A DNA stretch of 64,000 nucleotides from Longimicrobiales bacterium (GTDB lineage: Bacteria; Gemmatimonadota; Gemmatimonadetes; Longimicrobiales; Gaopeijiaceae): assembly GCA_965248195.1 (NCBI GenBank), contig CBDFIQ010000001.1:896001-960000 (forward strand), given 5' to 3'. Shown here in pieces: positions 1-9,945 of this stretch. Under the pieces are notes generated by a model. That model was not told the DNA's origin. It saw only the letters and a list, made by a program, of their open reading frames with translations, and searched no databases. The translations under genes were made by a program, and so were the position numbers. The first letter of the stretch is position 1, and every line of letters begins with the position of its first letter.

Positions 1-1832
1 ATGTGGAAGCGGGCGGTCAACCCTCGGTGCTCATTCTCACTGCGGAATTGGCGGAAGGTGACCTGCTCGCGTTGGTGCCCAGGCACGTGACGGTTTTGAC
101 GAAGGGTCCCGGGGCACGCGCCGCCGCCGACAGCATCGATCGCCTCTTCCTCGACCTCGATGACTTGAGCGGTGCAGAAGCACAACTCCGGGCGATACGT
201 TCGGCCGCGCGCGCCTCCGCGACCGAGCTCGCCCGATCCCAGGCGGCTTCGCAGCTCGACGAGCTCCGCGGCGACCTCCGGGGGCTGAACGAGATCGGCA
301 TGGCGCTCATGAGCGAGCGCGACCCAGACGTGGTCCTGGGGATGATCCTCACCGAAGCGAGACACCTCACACTCAGTGACGCCGGCAGTCTCTACCTCGT
401 GGAGGAGGAAGAGGACGGGGCCAGGACGTTGCACTTCCTGCGTGCCCAGAACGACTCCCTCACTGACCTGCCGACGCCGCATTTTTCTCTGCCGTTGGAC
501 GATACCAGCCTGGCCGGGTACGTGGCGTTTCACGGGCGGCCGCTGATCATCGAGGACGCCTACCACATCCCGAAGTCGGAACCTTACTCCCACAACCCAT
601 CGATGGACCGGGAGCACGGATATCGGTGCCGATCCATGCTGATCGTCCCCATGAAGGATCATCGGGATGCCGTGGTCGGGGTGCTGCAACTCATCAATAA
701 GAAATCGCATTCCGGGGCGGTCATCCGGAACGAGGCCTCCTCCAAGCAGCACGTCCTGGGTTACGAAGAGAGGGACGTGGAGCTGGTGCAATCTCTTGCG
801 GGACAGGCCGCGGTTTCTATCGAGAACGCGCGGCTCTACAAGGACATCGAGAACCTTTTCGAGGGGTTCATCAAGGCGTCGGTGATTGCGATCGACCAGC
901 GAGACCCGACGACTTCCGGTCACTCGGTGCGGGTGGCGACGCTCACCTGTGACATCGCCGAGGTCGCGGACCGGGCGAGCGATGGCCCCTTCCGGGACAC
1001 GAAGTTCTCGCGTGAGCAGATGAAAGAGCTGCGTTACGCCGGACTCCTTCACGACTTCGGAAAGGTCGGCGTGCGGGAAGATGTCCTGGTGAAATCCAAG
1101 AAGCTGCCCCCGGTGCTCCGGGAGCGGATCGACGCCCGGTTCGACCTCATTCGCCGGACACTCGAGTCGGATTTCCACAAGAAGCGGGCCGAGCACCTGC
1201 TCGAGCACGGCGATAACGGTTTCGAGGTATTCCTACAGAGCCTGGAAGTTGAGTACGAAAGCTCCCGGAGCCGGGTAGACCGGTTCCAGAAGGCCATTCG
1301 AGAGTCCAACGAGCCCAAATTGCTGCCCGAAGCGACTGCGGAAATTCTCAAGGACATCGCCACTACGACCTTCCGAGACTTCGAGGATCAGCAGGTGCCC
1401 TACGTCACGCCCGAAGAGCTCCGCTTCCTCTGCATTCCAAAAGGCTCCTTGGATCCAGACGAGCGGATTCAGATCGAATCCCACGTCACTCACACGTACA
1501 ACTTCCTCAAGCAGATCCCGTGGACCACCAACCTCGCCCAGGTAGCCAACATCGCACACGGGCACCACGAGAAACTCGACGGCACCGGCTACCCGAGGGG
1601 GATCCAGGCCAGCCAGATCGCGATCCAGACTCGCATCATGACCGTGTCGGACATTTTCGACGCGCTGACCGCGTCGGACCGCCCGTACAAAAAGGCGCTC
1701 TCGGCCGACAGAGCAATCAAGATCTTGGACATGGAGGCCAAGGCCGGTATGCTGGACCGCTCCGTGGTCGAGCTCGTCCTGGATTCCGACGTGTACCACA
1801 AGATCGTCGATACGGACTGGCGGGAGCTTTAA
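1..1832 (+). CDS. GAF + HD-GYP cyclic-di-GMP phosphodiesterase (5' end outside window)
   Basis: GAF segment (SMLIVPM...VVGVLQLIN), LHDFGK, HHEKLDGTGYP and DIFDALT..RPYK motifs. Confidence 0.9.
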   Translation, partial: VEAGGQPSVLILTAELAEGDLLALVPRHVTVLTKGPGARAAADSIDRLFLDLDDLSGAEAQLRAIRSAARASATELARSQAASQLDELRGDLRGLNEIGMALMSERDPDVVLGMILTEARHLTLSDAGSLYLVEEEEDGARTLHFLRAQNDSLTDLPTPHFSLPLDDTSLAGYVAFHGRPLIIEDAYHIPKSEPYSHNPSMDREHGYRCRSMLIVPMKDHRDAVVGVLQLINKKSHSGAVIRNEASSKQHVLGYEERDVELVQSLAGQAAVSIENARLYKDIENLFEGFIKASVIAIDQRDPTTSGHSVRVATLTCDIAEVADRASDGPFRDTKFSREQMKELRYAGLLHDFGKVGVREDVLVKSKKLPPVLRERIDARFDLIRRTLESDFHKKRAEHLLEHGDNGFEVFLQSLEVEYESSRSRVDRFQKAIRESNEPKLLPEATAEILKDIATTTFRDFEDQQVPYVTPEELRFLCIPKGSLDPDERIQIESHVTHTYNFLKQIPWTTNLAQVANIAHGHHEKLDGTGYPRGIQASQIAIQTRIMTVSDIFDALTASDRPYKKALSADRAIKILDMEAKAGMLDRSVVELVLDSDVYHKIVDTDWREL

Positions 1833-1857
1833 CGGGAGGTCACATGGAGCCACCCTC

Positions 1858-2961
1858 GTGAAGATCGCTATCAACACGGGCGGCGGAGACGCACCCGGAC
1901 TCAACGCCGTGATTCGAGCCGTGGTCCTCTCGGCTACAAGGCTCGGGTGGAGCGTGTACGGGATCCGCCGAGGGTACCAGGGACTCTTCGAGGACGATGG
2001 CGTAGTCGACCTGACCCGAGGCTCCGTCCGTGGCATCACACACCTCGGGGGGACGATCTTGGGGACCACCAACCGCGGCAATCCCCTCAGTTGGCCCGTG
2101 GAGAGGGAGGACGGCACGGTCGAACTCGTGGACCGATCCGACGAGATCATCGAGGAATTTCGGCGACGAGAGCTGGACGCACTCATCGCAATCGGTGGTG
2201 ACGGCTCCCTCCAGATCGCTTCGGCGCTGTCCGAGAGAGGCCTCCCAATCGTGGGCGTCCCGAAGACGATCGACAACGATCTCGCCGCCACCGAGGTCAC
2301 CTTCGGCTTCCACACCGCGGTCGACACGGCCACCGACGCCATCGGCCGACTCCACTCGACCGCCGAGGCCCACGGTCGGGTCATGGTTGTGGAGCTCATG
2401 GGCCGTACAGCGGGGTGGATCGCCCTCTTCGCCGGAGTGGCGGCCACGGCGGACATCATCCTCATCCCTGAAATCCCCTACCACTTGGACGCGCTCTGTG
2501 CAAAGATCGAGGAGCGATACGAGGCGGGTTCGGGATTCGCCATCGTCGTGGCAGCCGAGGGCGCGTTCGAGGCAGGTGGATCCGCCACTTTCCAGGAGGG
2601 GGCACCGGGCGGCATGTCGGCTCGCCTGGGCGGCATCGCGGAAAAGTTAGCCAGGCAGATCGAGGAGCGCACCGGGCACGAGACGCGTTCACTCGTCCTC
2701 GGCCACCTCCAGCGCGGCGGGGAGCCCAACGCCTACGACCGTATTCTCGCGATCCGGTTCGGGTCTGCCGCCGTGGAGCTGGTGAGGGATGGATGCCTCG
2801 GGTGCATGGTCGCTCTGAGTCCACCGGAGGTCCTCGCGGTGCCCTTGGGGGAAGCCGTCGCCAAGCTCAAGCTGGTCCCGACCGACGGCGACCTGGTGAG
2901 GACAGCAAGAAGCATCGGGATCTCATTCGGAGACGAGCGACCTCCCAGCTCGGTACTGTGA
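1858..2961 (+). CDS. pfkA: 6-phosphofructokinase (group III-like: GGDG + PKTIDND)
   Basis: TGGGDAPGLNA, GGTILGT, IGGDGS, PKTIDND, VELMGR and LGHLQRGG motifs. Confidence 0.93.
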   Translation: MKIAINTGGGDAPGLNAVIRAVVLSATRLGWSVYGIRRGYQGLFEDDGVVDLTRGSVRGITHLGGTILGTTNRGNPLSWPVEREDGTVELVDRSDEIIEEFRRRELDALIAIGGDGSLQIASALSERGLPIVGVPKTIDNDLAATEVTFGFHTAVDTATDAIGRLHSTAEAHGRVMVVELMGRTAGWIALFAGVAATADIILIPEIPYHLDALCAKIEERYEAGSGFAIVVAAEGAFEAGGSATFQEGAPGGMSARLGGIAEKLARQIEERTGHETRSLVLGHLQRGGEPNAYDRILAIRFGSAAVELVRDGCLGCMVALSPPEVLAVPLGEAVAKLKLVPTDGDLVRTARSIGISFGDERPPSSVL

Positions 2962-3014
2962 GGATCACGGGTGCCGGCCCCACGGCACGGAACCTCACCC
3001 GCGGCGGATCGCCG

Positions 3015-3043
3015 TTGAAAAATCGCGTCGCCGCCAGTAATCT
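3015..3043 (+). promoter_or_regulatory. sigma70-like promoter TTGAAA-N17-TAATCT
   Basis: Near-consensus hexamers with 17-bp spacing about 60 bp upstream of the ATG at 3102. Confidence 0.55.
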
Positions 3044-3101
3044 CCTGATACGGTCTTAGCGCGGTGATTCGCGCCGCCAGGTTGCGCCCACCACTGCTGG
3101 T

Positions 3102-4835
3102 ATGACTAAAAAGCCGAATGCCAAAGCACGGGCCACGCGGAGCCTGCCACGACGCGCCCAGGCTATACTCGATACGATGCAGCTCGGCGTGACGCACGCC
3201 AACCCCGACGGAGAGATCCTCTACGCGAATCCGGCCGTGGCGCAAATGCACGGCTATGGAGTCGACGAGTTGGTGGGGAGCAATCTGAGCGTCTTCGGGG
3301 CATCGCGTGAGGAGGAACCGACGATCGTGGGCGGGTCCGACGGGCCAACCAGCTGGGCCAGTGAGCGCGTCCACAAGCGAAAAGATGGCAGTACGCTCGT
3401 CGTGCGGGCGCTGGCCGACGTGGTCAGCGGATCGGCGGGCGGAACGATAGTCACCAGTTACGAGGACATCACCGAACGCCGACAGGCTGAAGACGCGCTG
3501 CGGGACCGTCACGAGCGGGAGTCTCTCCACGCTGCGTTGCACGATCCGCTCACCGGCCAGCCGAACAAGCTCCTGCTGCTCGACTTGGTCGAGCAGGCGT
3601 TGGGCCGCTGCAATCGCCATGACGACTATTTGTGCGCGGTGATGGTTTTGAACCTCGATCGCTTCCACCTGGTCAACGATGGCCTCGGGCATACGGTGGG
3701 GGATCAACTCCTGATTGCTGTGTCGGAGCGACTGAAGCCGTGTTTCCGATCGGTCGACACGTTCGCCCGGATGAGCGGTGACGAGTTTGGAATCTTGTTG
3801 GATGACATCAGCGACGTCAGCGACACGCTTCGGGTCGCGGACCGCATCCAAGAACAGCTCGCGACGCCGTTCCAGTGCGGGAGCGAGGAGGTTTTCACCT
3901 CGGGGCGCTTGGGTATTGCTCTGAGCGCAACGGGATACGAGGGAGCGGAGGACGCGCTTCGCGATGCGATTCTGGCGCTTCACCGGGTGAAGAGCGGCAC
4001 GGCCGTCCGTCACGAAGTCTTCGACCCAGTGATGCATCGGCGCGCTCATGCCCGCATGGAGCTGGAAACCGACCTTCGATGGGCCATAGAGCGTGGGGAG
4101 TTTCGCGTGTTCTACCAGCCGATTGTGTCGTTGGAGGACGGTACGCTTACCGGCGTCGAGGCGGTGTTACGTTGGGAGCACCCCCGTCGCGGTTTACTCG
4201 AGCCATCCGAGTTCCTCCCGGTCGCGGAGGAGACCGGCATGATCATCCCACTCGGCTCGTGGGTGCTCGAGCACTCCTGCCGCCAAATGCGGGAGTGGCA
4301 TGAGGCGAGCTCGCGGAAATCACCCTTGTCCCTGAGCGTCAACCTGTCCAGGAAGCAGATCTTGTGGCAGGGCATCGTCCAACACGTAGCTAGTGTTCTC
4401 GAGGAGACGGGTCTCGACGGACGATCGTTGAGATTGGAGATGACGGAGGTGGCGATGATGGACGACGCCGATCCGATGCTCAGTGTACTCGCGGAGCTCA
4501 AGGAGTTGAAAGTCAACCTGGACATAGATGACTTCGGAGTCGGCTACTCCTCGCTGCGCTACCTCCACCTGTTCCCGATCGATTCCCTGAAGATCGACCG
4601 GTCCTTTATCGCGAACCTCCACATCCGCAGCGAATCCGAGGAAATGGTGCGTACCATCCTGGCGTTCGCCCGAAACATCGGCGTGAGCGTGGTCGCCGAG
4701 GGCGTCGAGACTCCCGACGAGCTGGCCGTCTTGAAGAAAATGAACTGCGGACTGGCCCAGGGGCACCTCTTTTCGAGGCCGCTCCCCCACGACCAAATAG
4801 CCGAGTTGCTCGGAAACCACCGTTACACGGTGTAG
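3102..4835 (+). CDS. PAS-GGDEF-EAL protein
   Basis: PAS (YANPAVAQMHGY), SGDEF variant of GGDEF, EAV variant of EAL, DDFGVGYSSL, LKIDRSF, EGVET. Confidence 0.92.
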   Translation: MTKKPNAKARATRSLPRRAQAILDTMQLGVTHANPDGEILYANPAVAQMHGYGVDELVGSNLSVFGASREEEPTIVGGSDGPTSWASERVHKRKDGSTLVVRALADVVSGSAGGTIVTSYEDITERRQAEDALRDRHERESLHAALHDPLTGQPNKLLLLDLVEQALGRCNRHDDYLCAVMVLNLDRFHLVNDGLGHTVGDQLLIAVSERLKPCFRSVDTFARMSGDEFGILLDDISDVSDTLRVADRIQEQLATPFQCGSEEVFTSGRLGIALSATGYEGAEDALRDAILALHRVKSGTAVRHEVFDPVMHRRAHARMELETDLRWAIERGEFRVFYQPIVSLEDGTLTGVEAVLRWEHPRRGLLEPSEFLPVAEETGMIIPLGSWVLEHSCRQMREWHEASSRKSPLSLSVNLSRKQILWQGIVQHVASVLEETGLDGRSLRLEMTEVAMMDDADPMLSVLAELKELKVNLDIDDFGVGYSSLRYLHLFPIDSLKIDRSFIANLHIRSESEEMVRTILAFARNIGVSVVAEGVETPDELAVLKKMNCGLAQGHLFSRPLPHDQIAELLGNHRYTV

Positions 4836-4880
4836 CTCGCTAAAAGCGCCTCGGGCGCTCGCTGAAGACGCCTCGGCGCT
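4836..4880. repeat. Imperfect ~22-bp tandem repeat between convergent genes
   Basis: gctcgctaaaagcgcctcgggc followed by gctcgctgaagacgcctcggc. Confidence 0.5.
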
Positions 4881-4915
4881 CTCGGTGGCTCGCGTCCCCT
4901 TTTCCGATCACCCTC

Positions 4916-6409
4916 CTAGAACATCGTGGGCGCCCGTAGTTCGGCGAGGGTCATTTCGTTGACCTGGTCGATCACGCTCAAGAAGGCCCGCGTTGCGCGC
5001 TCCATGCCCTCGGCTGGGACCAATTCGGGGGTATCCAGCGTCGTATGGTAGATGACGTGGTCGATGATATGAAACCCAGGTGCCTGGCTGGTCAGCTTGG
5101 GGCGGCCATCCATCACTGTGTAGAGCGATACGCCGAAGTCCCGCAGGGTACCGTTGACGATGTCGAGGAATCCAGGACTTCCCATCGCGTTCCACCGGAA
5201 GGCGCCGATGGTGTTCGAGGTCATCAGATCATCGTTGTACCAGTATAGCTGTGTTTGAGAGGGGTGCTCGAGAGTGAGTGCCATTGCCACGTTGTCCCAT
5301 TCGTAAGTCCGTTCCCAAGCCCTCACTCCGATCTCGCCGTGGTGATGATCAGGAAAAAGGACGAACAGAAACGTGCGTGGACGGTCCGCCTGCGGCATCG
5401 CAGCGTAGTGGCGAGCGATCTCGAGGGCGCTCGCCATACCGCTGGCGTTGTCCATCGAAGCCTGAAAGTACCCGTCGGTGTGAGCGGCAATGACGATTAC
5501 CTCGTCGGATGCTCCGGGCAATCTCGCGTATACGTTCGCTGTTGGGACGTTCTCCCGGATTTCGATGTCGAGCTTCAGGCGAATCTCCACCGTCTCGCCC
5601 GCACCCAGGGCATCACGCAAGGCAAACCCGTCATCCTGGCTGAGGGTGATCAGCGGAACGCCATAGTCGGCCGAGGGTGCGCCCAGCGGATTGAACTGGG
5701 CGTTGCCCGGAACGCCCATGACGTTGATGATCATCGCGGCGCCAAGCTGGGAGGCACGCGTATTCGCGCCGAATATGCCGGCCCGATCGCTCGCAGAGTG
5801 ACTGCGACCGCCGGGAACGAAAGTGCTGTAGATGATCACTGCCTTGCCCTCGACGTCCCGCCCCAGGAAGTCGGGTTCAGCGCCGATACCAACCCAGAGG
5901 GCCTCGGCGGTGATCCCCTCGGTTGGTGTAGCCGCGGTCTGACCCGCGGGAAATGCAGTCGGGAGTCCGACCGATCTCCCTCCCACCGAGTATGAGGCCT
6001 CCCAGAACGTCGGTGACCAGTCGCGCGGTATTGTGTGGGGCACTCGCTCTATCTCGAGGCCGAGCCTCTCGAACTCGCCGATCATCAGGTCCATGGTCAT
6101 GGCGTCGTACGGGGTCCCCGGAAGGCGACCCCAGTACATGTTGCCGGCCGCCTGACTCTGCAGTGAGATGGCCGAGATCCTCCGAACCCAGTCCTTCAAT
6201 CGGTCCCCACTGACGTCGGAATAGCCCATCTGATCGGGTCGAAGTGGCCAATCCGGATAGTCACTGTCGGGAATGAACAAGACATCCCCGTCTCGGGGCA
6301 GGCCCAATCCATACGTACTCCCGTTTTGTGATCCCGGCGTCTGCGCCATGGATGGGGCTGAGGAAAGCAGTGCCACCACGACGAGGGCGGGAATCGCTAC
6401 GCTTCTCAT
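4916..6409 (-). CDS. Secreted M28-family peptidase with PA domain
   Basis: Signal peptide; AHTDG and DNASG metal-binding motifs; YHTTLDT. Confidence 0.8.
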   Translation of the reverse strand: MRSVAIPALVVVALLSSAPSMAQTPGSQNGSTYGLGLPRDGDVLFIPDSDYPDWPLRPDQMGYSDVSGDRLKDWVRRISAISLQSQAAGNMYWGRLPGTPYDAMTMDLMIGEFERLGLEIERVPHTIPRDWSPTFWEASYSVGGRSVGLPTAFPAGQTAATPTEGITAEALWVGIGAEPDFLGRDVEGKAVIIYSTFVPGGRSHSASDRAGIFGANTRASQLGAAMIINVMGVPGNAQFNPLGAPSADYGVPLITLSQDDGFALRDALGAGETVEIRLKLDIEIRENVPTANVYARLPGASDEVIVIAAHTDGYFQASMDNASGMASALEIARHYAAMPQADRPRTFLFVLFPDHHHGEIGVRAWERTYEWDNVAMALTLEHPSQTQLYWYNDDLMTSNTIGAFRWNAMGSPGFLDIVNGTLRDFGVSLYTVMDGRPKLTSQAPGFHIIDHVIYHTTLDTPELVPAEGMERATRAFLSVIDQVNEMTLAELRAPTMF

Positions 6410-6425
6410 GGGTCTTCTCCCCTGG

Positions 6426-7541
6426 TTACATCGGCATGAACATCGTCATGCCGTTAATTGAGACCTCACCGACGAAGATATGTCCGGCCGCATCCACCGT
6501 GACTCCTTCGCCGATCGTCCCATAAGGACTGTCGTTTTCGTGAGGGGGGATGAAGGCCTGGACCGAGCCGTCCCTCGCATTCCCGATGTAAAGTCCGCGC
6601 CGCATGCCAGGATTCCGCTCGTCCCCCGATTCCGAGTCGAGCACGTACATTGTGTCGTCCTCGTCGATGAATACGTCGTTCGGCCGCCCGAACTGGTCCC
6701 ACTCATCGAGGAAGTTGTAATGCTCATCGAAGACCTGGATGCGGCTGTTGCCGCGATCCGCGACGAACAGGCGGCCCTGCGAATCGAACGCCATCGCGTG
6801 CGCGATTCTGAACTGTCCGGGGCCGCTTCCGAACTCTCCGAAACTCCCTAGGAACGTGCCGTCACTGGAAAACCGGGATATCCGCCCGTGCGGGCCCGAA
6901 GCAGAGTGCCCCTCCGAGACCAGGATCTCGCCATTCGGCGCTACGATTACGTCGTTGGGCTGGTTGAGCGCCTCTGGGGGCTCGCCCGTCGTCCCTGGTG
7001 TCCCGATCACCATCAGGACCTCCCCCTCAGGACTGAACTTCACGACCTGATTACCCTTCTTCGCGGCATCCGGCGCCTCCTGGAGCTCTGCTTCCCGCGC
7101 CGCGCGACCGTCGGTGACCCAGACGTTTCCCGCATCGTCCACATACATTCCGTGGGGCCGCACAAACATACCGGCGCCGAAGCTGGCCAGGAGCGTGCCA
7201 TCGGTGGCGAAGCGCAGCACCGCCGGATCGTCCGATGTGACGCAGTTATCGCCACCGCACCGCTCGAACACCCAGATGTTCTCGCCGCCGGGGTCGACAT
7301 ATACCCCACTCACTCTGCCCCAGTCACGCCCTTCAGGGAGCACGCCCCAGTTACGATGAGTCATGTAGGGATTGGGAAGGCCGGTCGGCTCTAGCATCTC
7401 GCCAGGAGCGGACATGTCCGAGGAGCCGACGGGCGCCGAGGCGGCATTCGCGCCACCGGTCTCTGTCCCGCATCCGGCAACCGCCATCAGGTTGATCGCC
7501 AGCAAGATCGCAGAACCCCTGGTATAGGTAGGGACTGGCAT
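6426..7541 (-). CDS. NHL-repeat beta-propeller lipoprotein (peptidylglycine lyase-like)
   Basis: Lipobox VAGC; repeated PHG..VD..GNVWVTD and FVADRGNSRIQVFD NHL motifs; GGAGG RBS before ATG 7541. Confidence 0.85.
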   Translation of the reverse strand: MPVPTYTRGSAILLAINLMAVAGCGTETGGANAASAPVGSSDMSAPGEMLEPTGLPNPYMTHRNWGVLPEGRDWGRVSGVYVDPGGENIWVFERCGGDNCVTSDDPAVLRFATDGTLLASFGAGMFVRPHGMYVDDAGNVWVTDGRAAREAELQEAPDAAKKGNQVVKFSPEGEVLMVIGTPGTTGEPPEALNQPNDVIVAPNGEILVSEGHSASGPHGRISRFSSDGTFLGSFGEFGSGPGQFRIAHAMAFDSQGRLFVADRGNSRIQVFDEHYNFLDEWDQFGRPNDVFIDEDDTMYVLDSESGDERNPGMRRGLYIGNARDGSVQAFIPPHENDSPYGTIGEGVTVDAAGHIFVGEVSINGMTMFMPM

Positions 7542-7558
7542 CAGGTACCTCCCGATTC

Positions 7559-7584
7559 GTTGAACATTGTTGTTGAACACTGTT
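7559..7584. repeat. 13-bp tandem repeat with an internal AACA-n-TGTT palindrome (putative operator)
   Basis: gttgaacattgtt / gttgaacactgtt, 12 of 13 identical, just upstream of the NHL gene. Confidence 0.5.
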
Positions 7585-7848
7585 GGGCAACGGTCGCTCG
7601 CCCCGAGGGCCCGGCGACTCGTTTCCAGGGCGGCGGTTGCTCTCTTGCAGAGCCAAGGTTGCTGGTCAGGCGATTACCGGCAAGGAGGGCTTCCCTCACC
7701 GCCACCCCCGCCGTCCATCAGAGCGAAAATGCCGCCGCCGATCACAAAGAGGCCCGCAGCGTTGTGAGCGGCCTCGTTGACGGATGTCGGAGACGGCGCC
7801 TAAAATGGTGCGATTGCCCGTCCTTGCACCACTTCCGAGAGGCTTACG

Positions 7849-9900
7849 ATGCCCACAGACGTCCCCTGCCAACCTGCGTTTGCCCGGCTCCTCGGTCTGA
7901 GCCTACTGGCTGCAAGCCTTTTCATCGGGAGCCTCGCTCTCCCGTTGTCCGCGCAGGACAGAGGCAATCGCGAGGGCGAGTGGCGCTACATTTGGGGGGA
8001 CGCGTGGAGCACGAGATATTCTCCCCTAGACCAGATCAACGCCGACAACTTCGAGGATCTCGAGGTCGCCTGGTTCTGGAAGGGAGACAACTTCGGACCC
8101 GTTCCCGACAATGTCGGGCGGTCGACCCCCATCTACGCCGACGGTATCGTCTACACGGTCGCCGGTCGCCGCCGCACGGTTGCCGCGATCGATCCGGCCA
8201 CGGGTGAAACCCTCTGGACATTCCGGGAGCCGAATACGGCGCGGTGGGAGGGCTCACCCCGCCAAAACTACGGCCGCGGTGTCGCTTATTACGAGATCGA
8301 CGGACGAGGAGTGATATACGTCGTCACTCCTGGGTTCTTCCTTCATGCGCTCGACGCCAAGACGGGGTACCCGCTGGCAGACTTCGGTGAAGCGATTCCG
8401 ATCGACGGGTTCCCCCAGACCGGGACCGTCGACATGCTCGCCACACTCGGCCATCCCTACAACGTGTTCTCCGGGATCGACCGGGACGTAGGGGCGATCA
8501 CGACGTCGTCTCCACCGATCGTGGTGAACGACGTGATCATCGTTGGAAATTCGGCCCATCCGGGCGGTGGGGGGCAGACTCGGATCGAGAACGTCCCGGG
8601 GGACATCCAGGCATTCCATGCGAGAACCGGAGACCACCTGTGGACGTTCCACACCATTCCTCGGGCAGGTGAGTTCGGAAACGACAGCTGGCTGACCGAC
8701 GCTTGGTCGTGGAGCGGGAATGTAAACGCTTGGGCACCCCTCTCGGCCGACCCCGAGCTCGGCATGGTTTATCTCGCGACGGACGCACCTACGAACGACT
8801 ACTACGGGGGCTTTCGTCCGGGTAACAACCTCTACGGCTCGAGCGTGCTCGCGCTCGACATCCAGACCGGCGAGCGCGTTTGGCACTTTCAGACTGTCCA
8901 CCACGACATCTGGGATTGGGACAATCCCGTCGCGCCGATCCTGGTGGACGTGACCGTCGATGGCGTGGATATCCCAGCGGTCGTCCAGACCACCAAGCAC
9001 GCGTTCGCATTCGCGTTCAACCGGGAAACGGGAGAGCCCCTCTGGCCGATCGAGGAGACGCCGGTACCCGCCGGAAACGTGCCGGGTGAGTGGTACTCTC
9101 CGACCCAGCCCTACCCGACGCGTCCTCTCGGTTATGAGCTACAGGGGCTGTCGATAGACGATCTCATGGACTTCACGCCCGAGCTCCGAGCGATGGCGAT
9201 CGAGCAGGTCAGCGATATCAATCTAGGTCCGCTCTTCAACCCGTACGTCCATGCCGGCAACGAACAGGGCTGGCGAGCGGTCGCCCAGTGCCCGAGCGCC
9301 ACCGGCGGCACCAACATCCCGGGCGGTACCGTCATGGATCCGGAGACCGGCATCATGTACGTGGCCTCGCGCAAGGCGTGTGGCGGTGGCCGGCTCGCTC
9401 CCGGGTCCGAGCGAGACGACGGCGGTCCGGACGGCCGTGGTCGGACGGTGGTCGACTTCGGTAGCGGAGGGGGCGGCGGTTTCGCTTCAATCGAGGGGCT
9501 TCCGATCTTCAAGCCGCCGTATGGCCGAATTACGGCCATCGACATGAACACCGGTGAGCACCTATGGTGGATCCCGAATGGGGACACCCCCGAGCGAATC
9601 GCGAACCACCCGCTACTCGAGGGTGTCGACATCCCCAACACCGGCTACCAAGGCAACGCCACGGCGCTCGTTACGAGGAGCCTTCTGATGTTCGCCGAGG
9701 GCCGGGGCGGGCAGCCCGTCTGGTTCGGTGTGAACAAGGCGACCGGGGAGAGGATCGGATCGGTCGAGATTCCGGCGCCCACGAGCACCGCCCCGATGAC
9801 CTACATGCATGACGGAATGCAGTACATCGTGCTACCTGTTGCGGCGGCGGGGGCTGGGATTCTCCCATCGCTGGTCGCGCTACGACTCCCACTGCCGTAG
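7849..9900 (+). CDS. Secreted PQQ-dependent dehydrogenase (glucose/quinate DH-like), paralog 1
   Basis: Signal peptide; YSPLDQINADN, AxD..TG...W propeller repeats, HHDIWDWD, QTTK. Confidence 0.88.
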   Translation: MPTDVPCQPAFARLLGLSLLAASLFIGSLALPLSAQDRGNREGEWRYIWGDAWSTRYSPLDQINADNFEDLEVAWFWKGDNFGPVPDNVGRSTPIYADGIVYTVAGRRRTVAAIDPATGETLWTFREPNTARWEGSPRQNYGRGVAYYEIDGRGVIYVVTPGFFLHALDAKTGYPLADFGEAIPIDGFPQTGTVDMLATLGHPYNVFSGIDRDVGAITTSSPPIVVNDVIIVGNSAHPGGGGQTRIENVPGDIQAFHARTGDHLWTFHTIPRAGEFGNDSWLTDAWSWSGNVNAWAPLSADPELGMVYLATDAPTNDYYGGFRPGNNLYGSSVLALDIQTGERVWHFQTVHHDIWDWDNPVAPILVDVTVDGVDIPAVVQTTKHAFAFAFNRETGEPLWPIEETPVPAGNVPGEWYSPTQPYPTRPLGYELQGLSIDDLMDFTPELRAMAIEQVSDINLGPLFNPYVHAGNEQGWRAVAQCPSATGGTNIPGGTVMDPETGIMYVASRKACGGGRLAPGSERDDGGPDGRGRTVVDFGSGGGGGFASIEGLPIFKPPYGRITAIDMNTGEHLWWIPNGDTPERIANHPLLEGVDIPNTGYQGNATALVTRSLLMFAEGRGGQPVWFGVNKATGERIGSVEIPAPTSTAPMTYMHDGMQYIVLPVAAAGAGILPSLVALRLPLP

Positions 9901-9945
9901 GGAACCCCAGGCGGGCCGGCCCGACCAGATCAAGGAGACCCGCTC

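Noticed and set aside
1834..1861. GGAGG + ATG mini-ORF MEPPS* overlapping the pfk start, as a frameshift or leader peptide
   Set aside because: The GTG at 1858 has its own GGAG 8 nt upstream and begins at the normal PFK N-terminus
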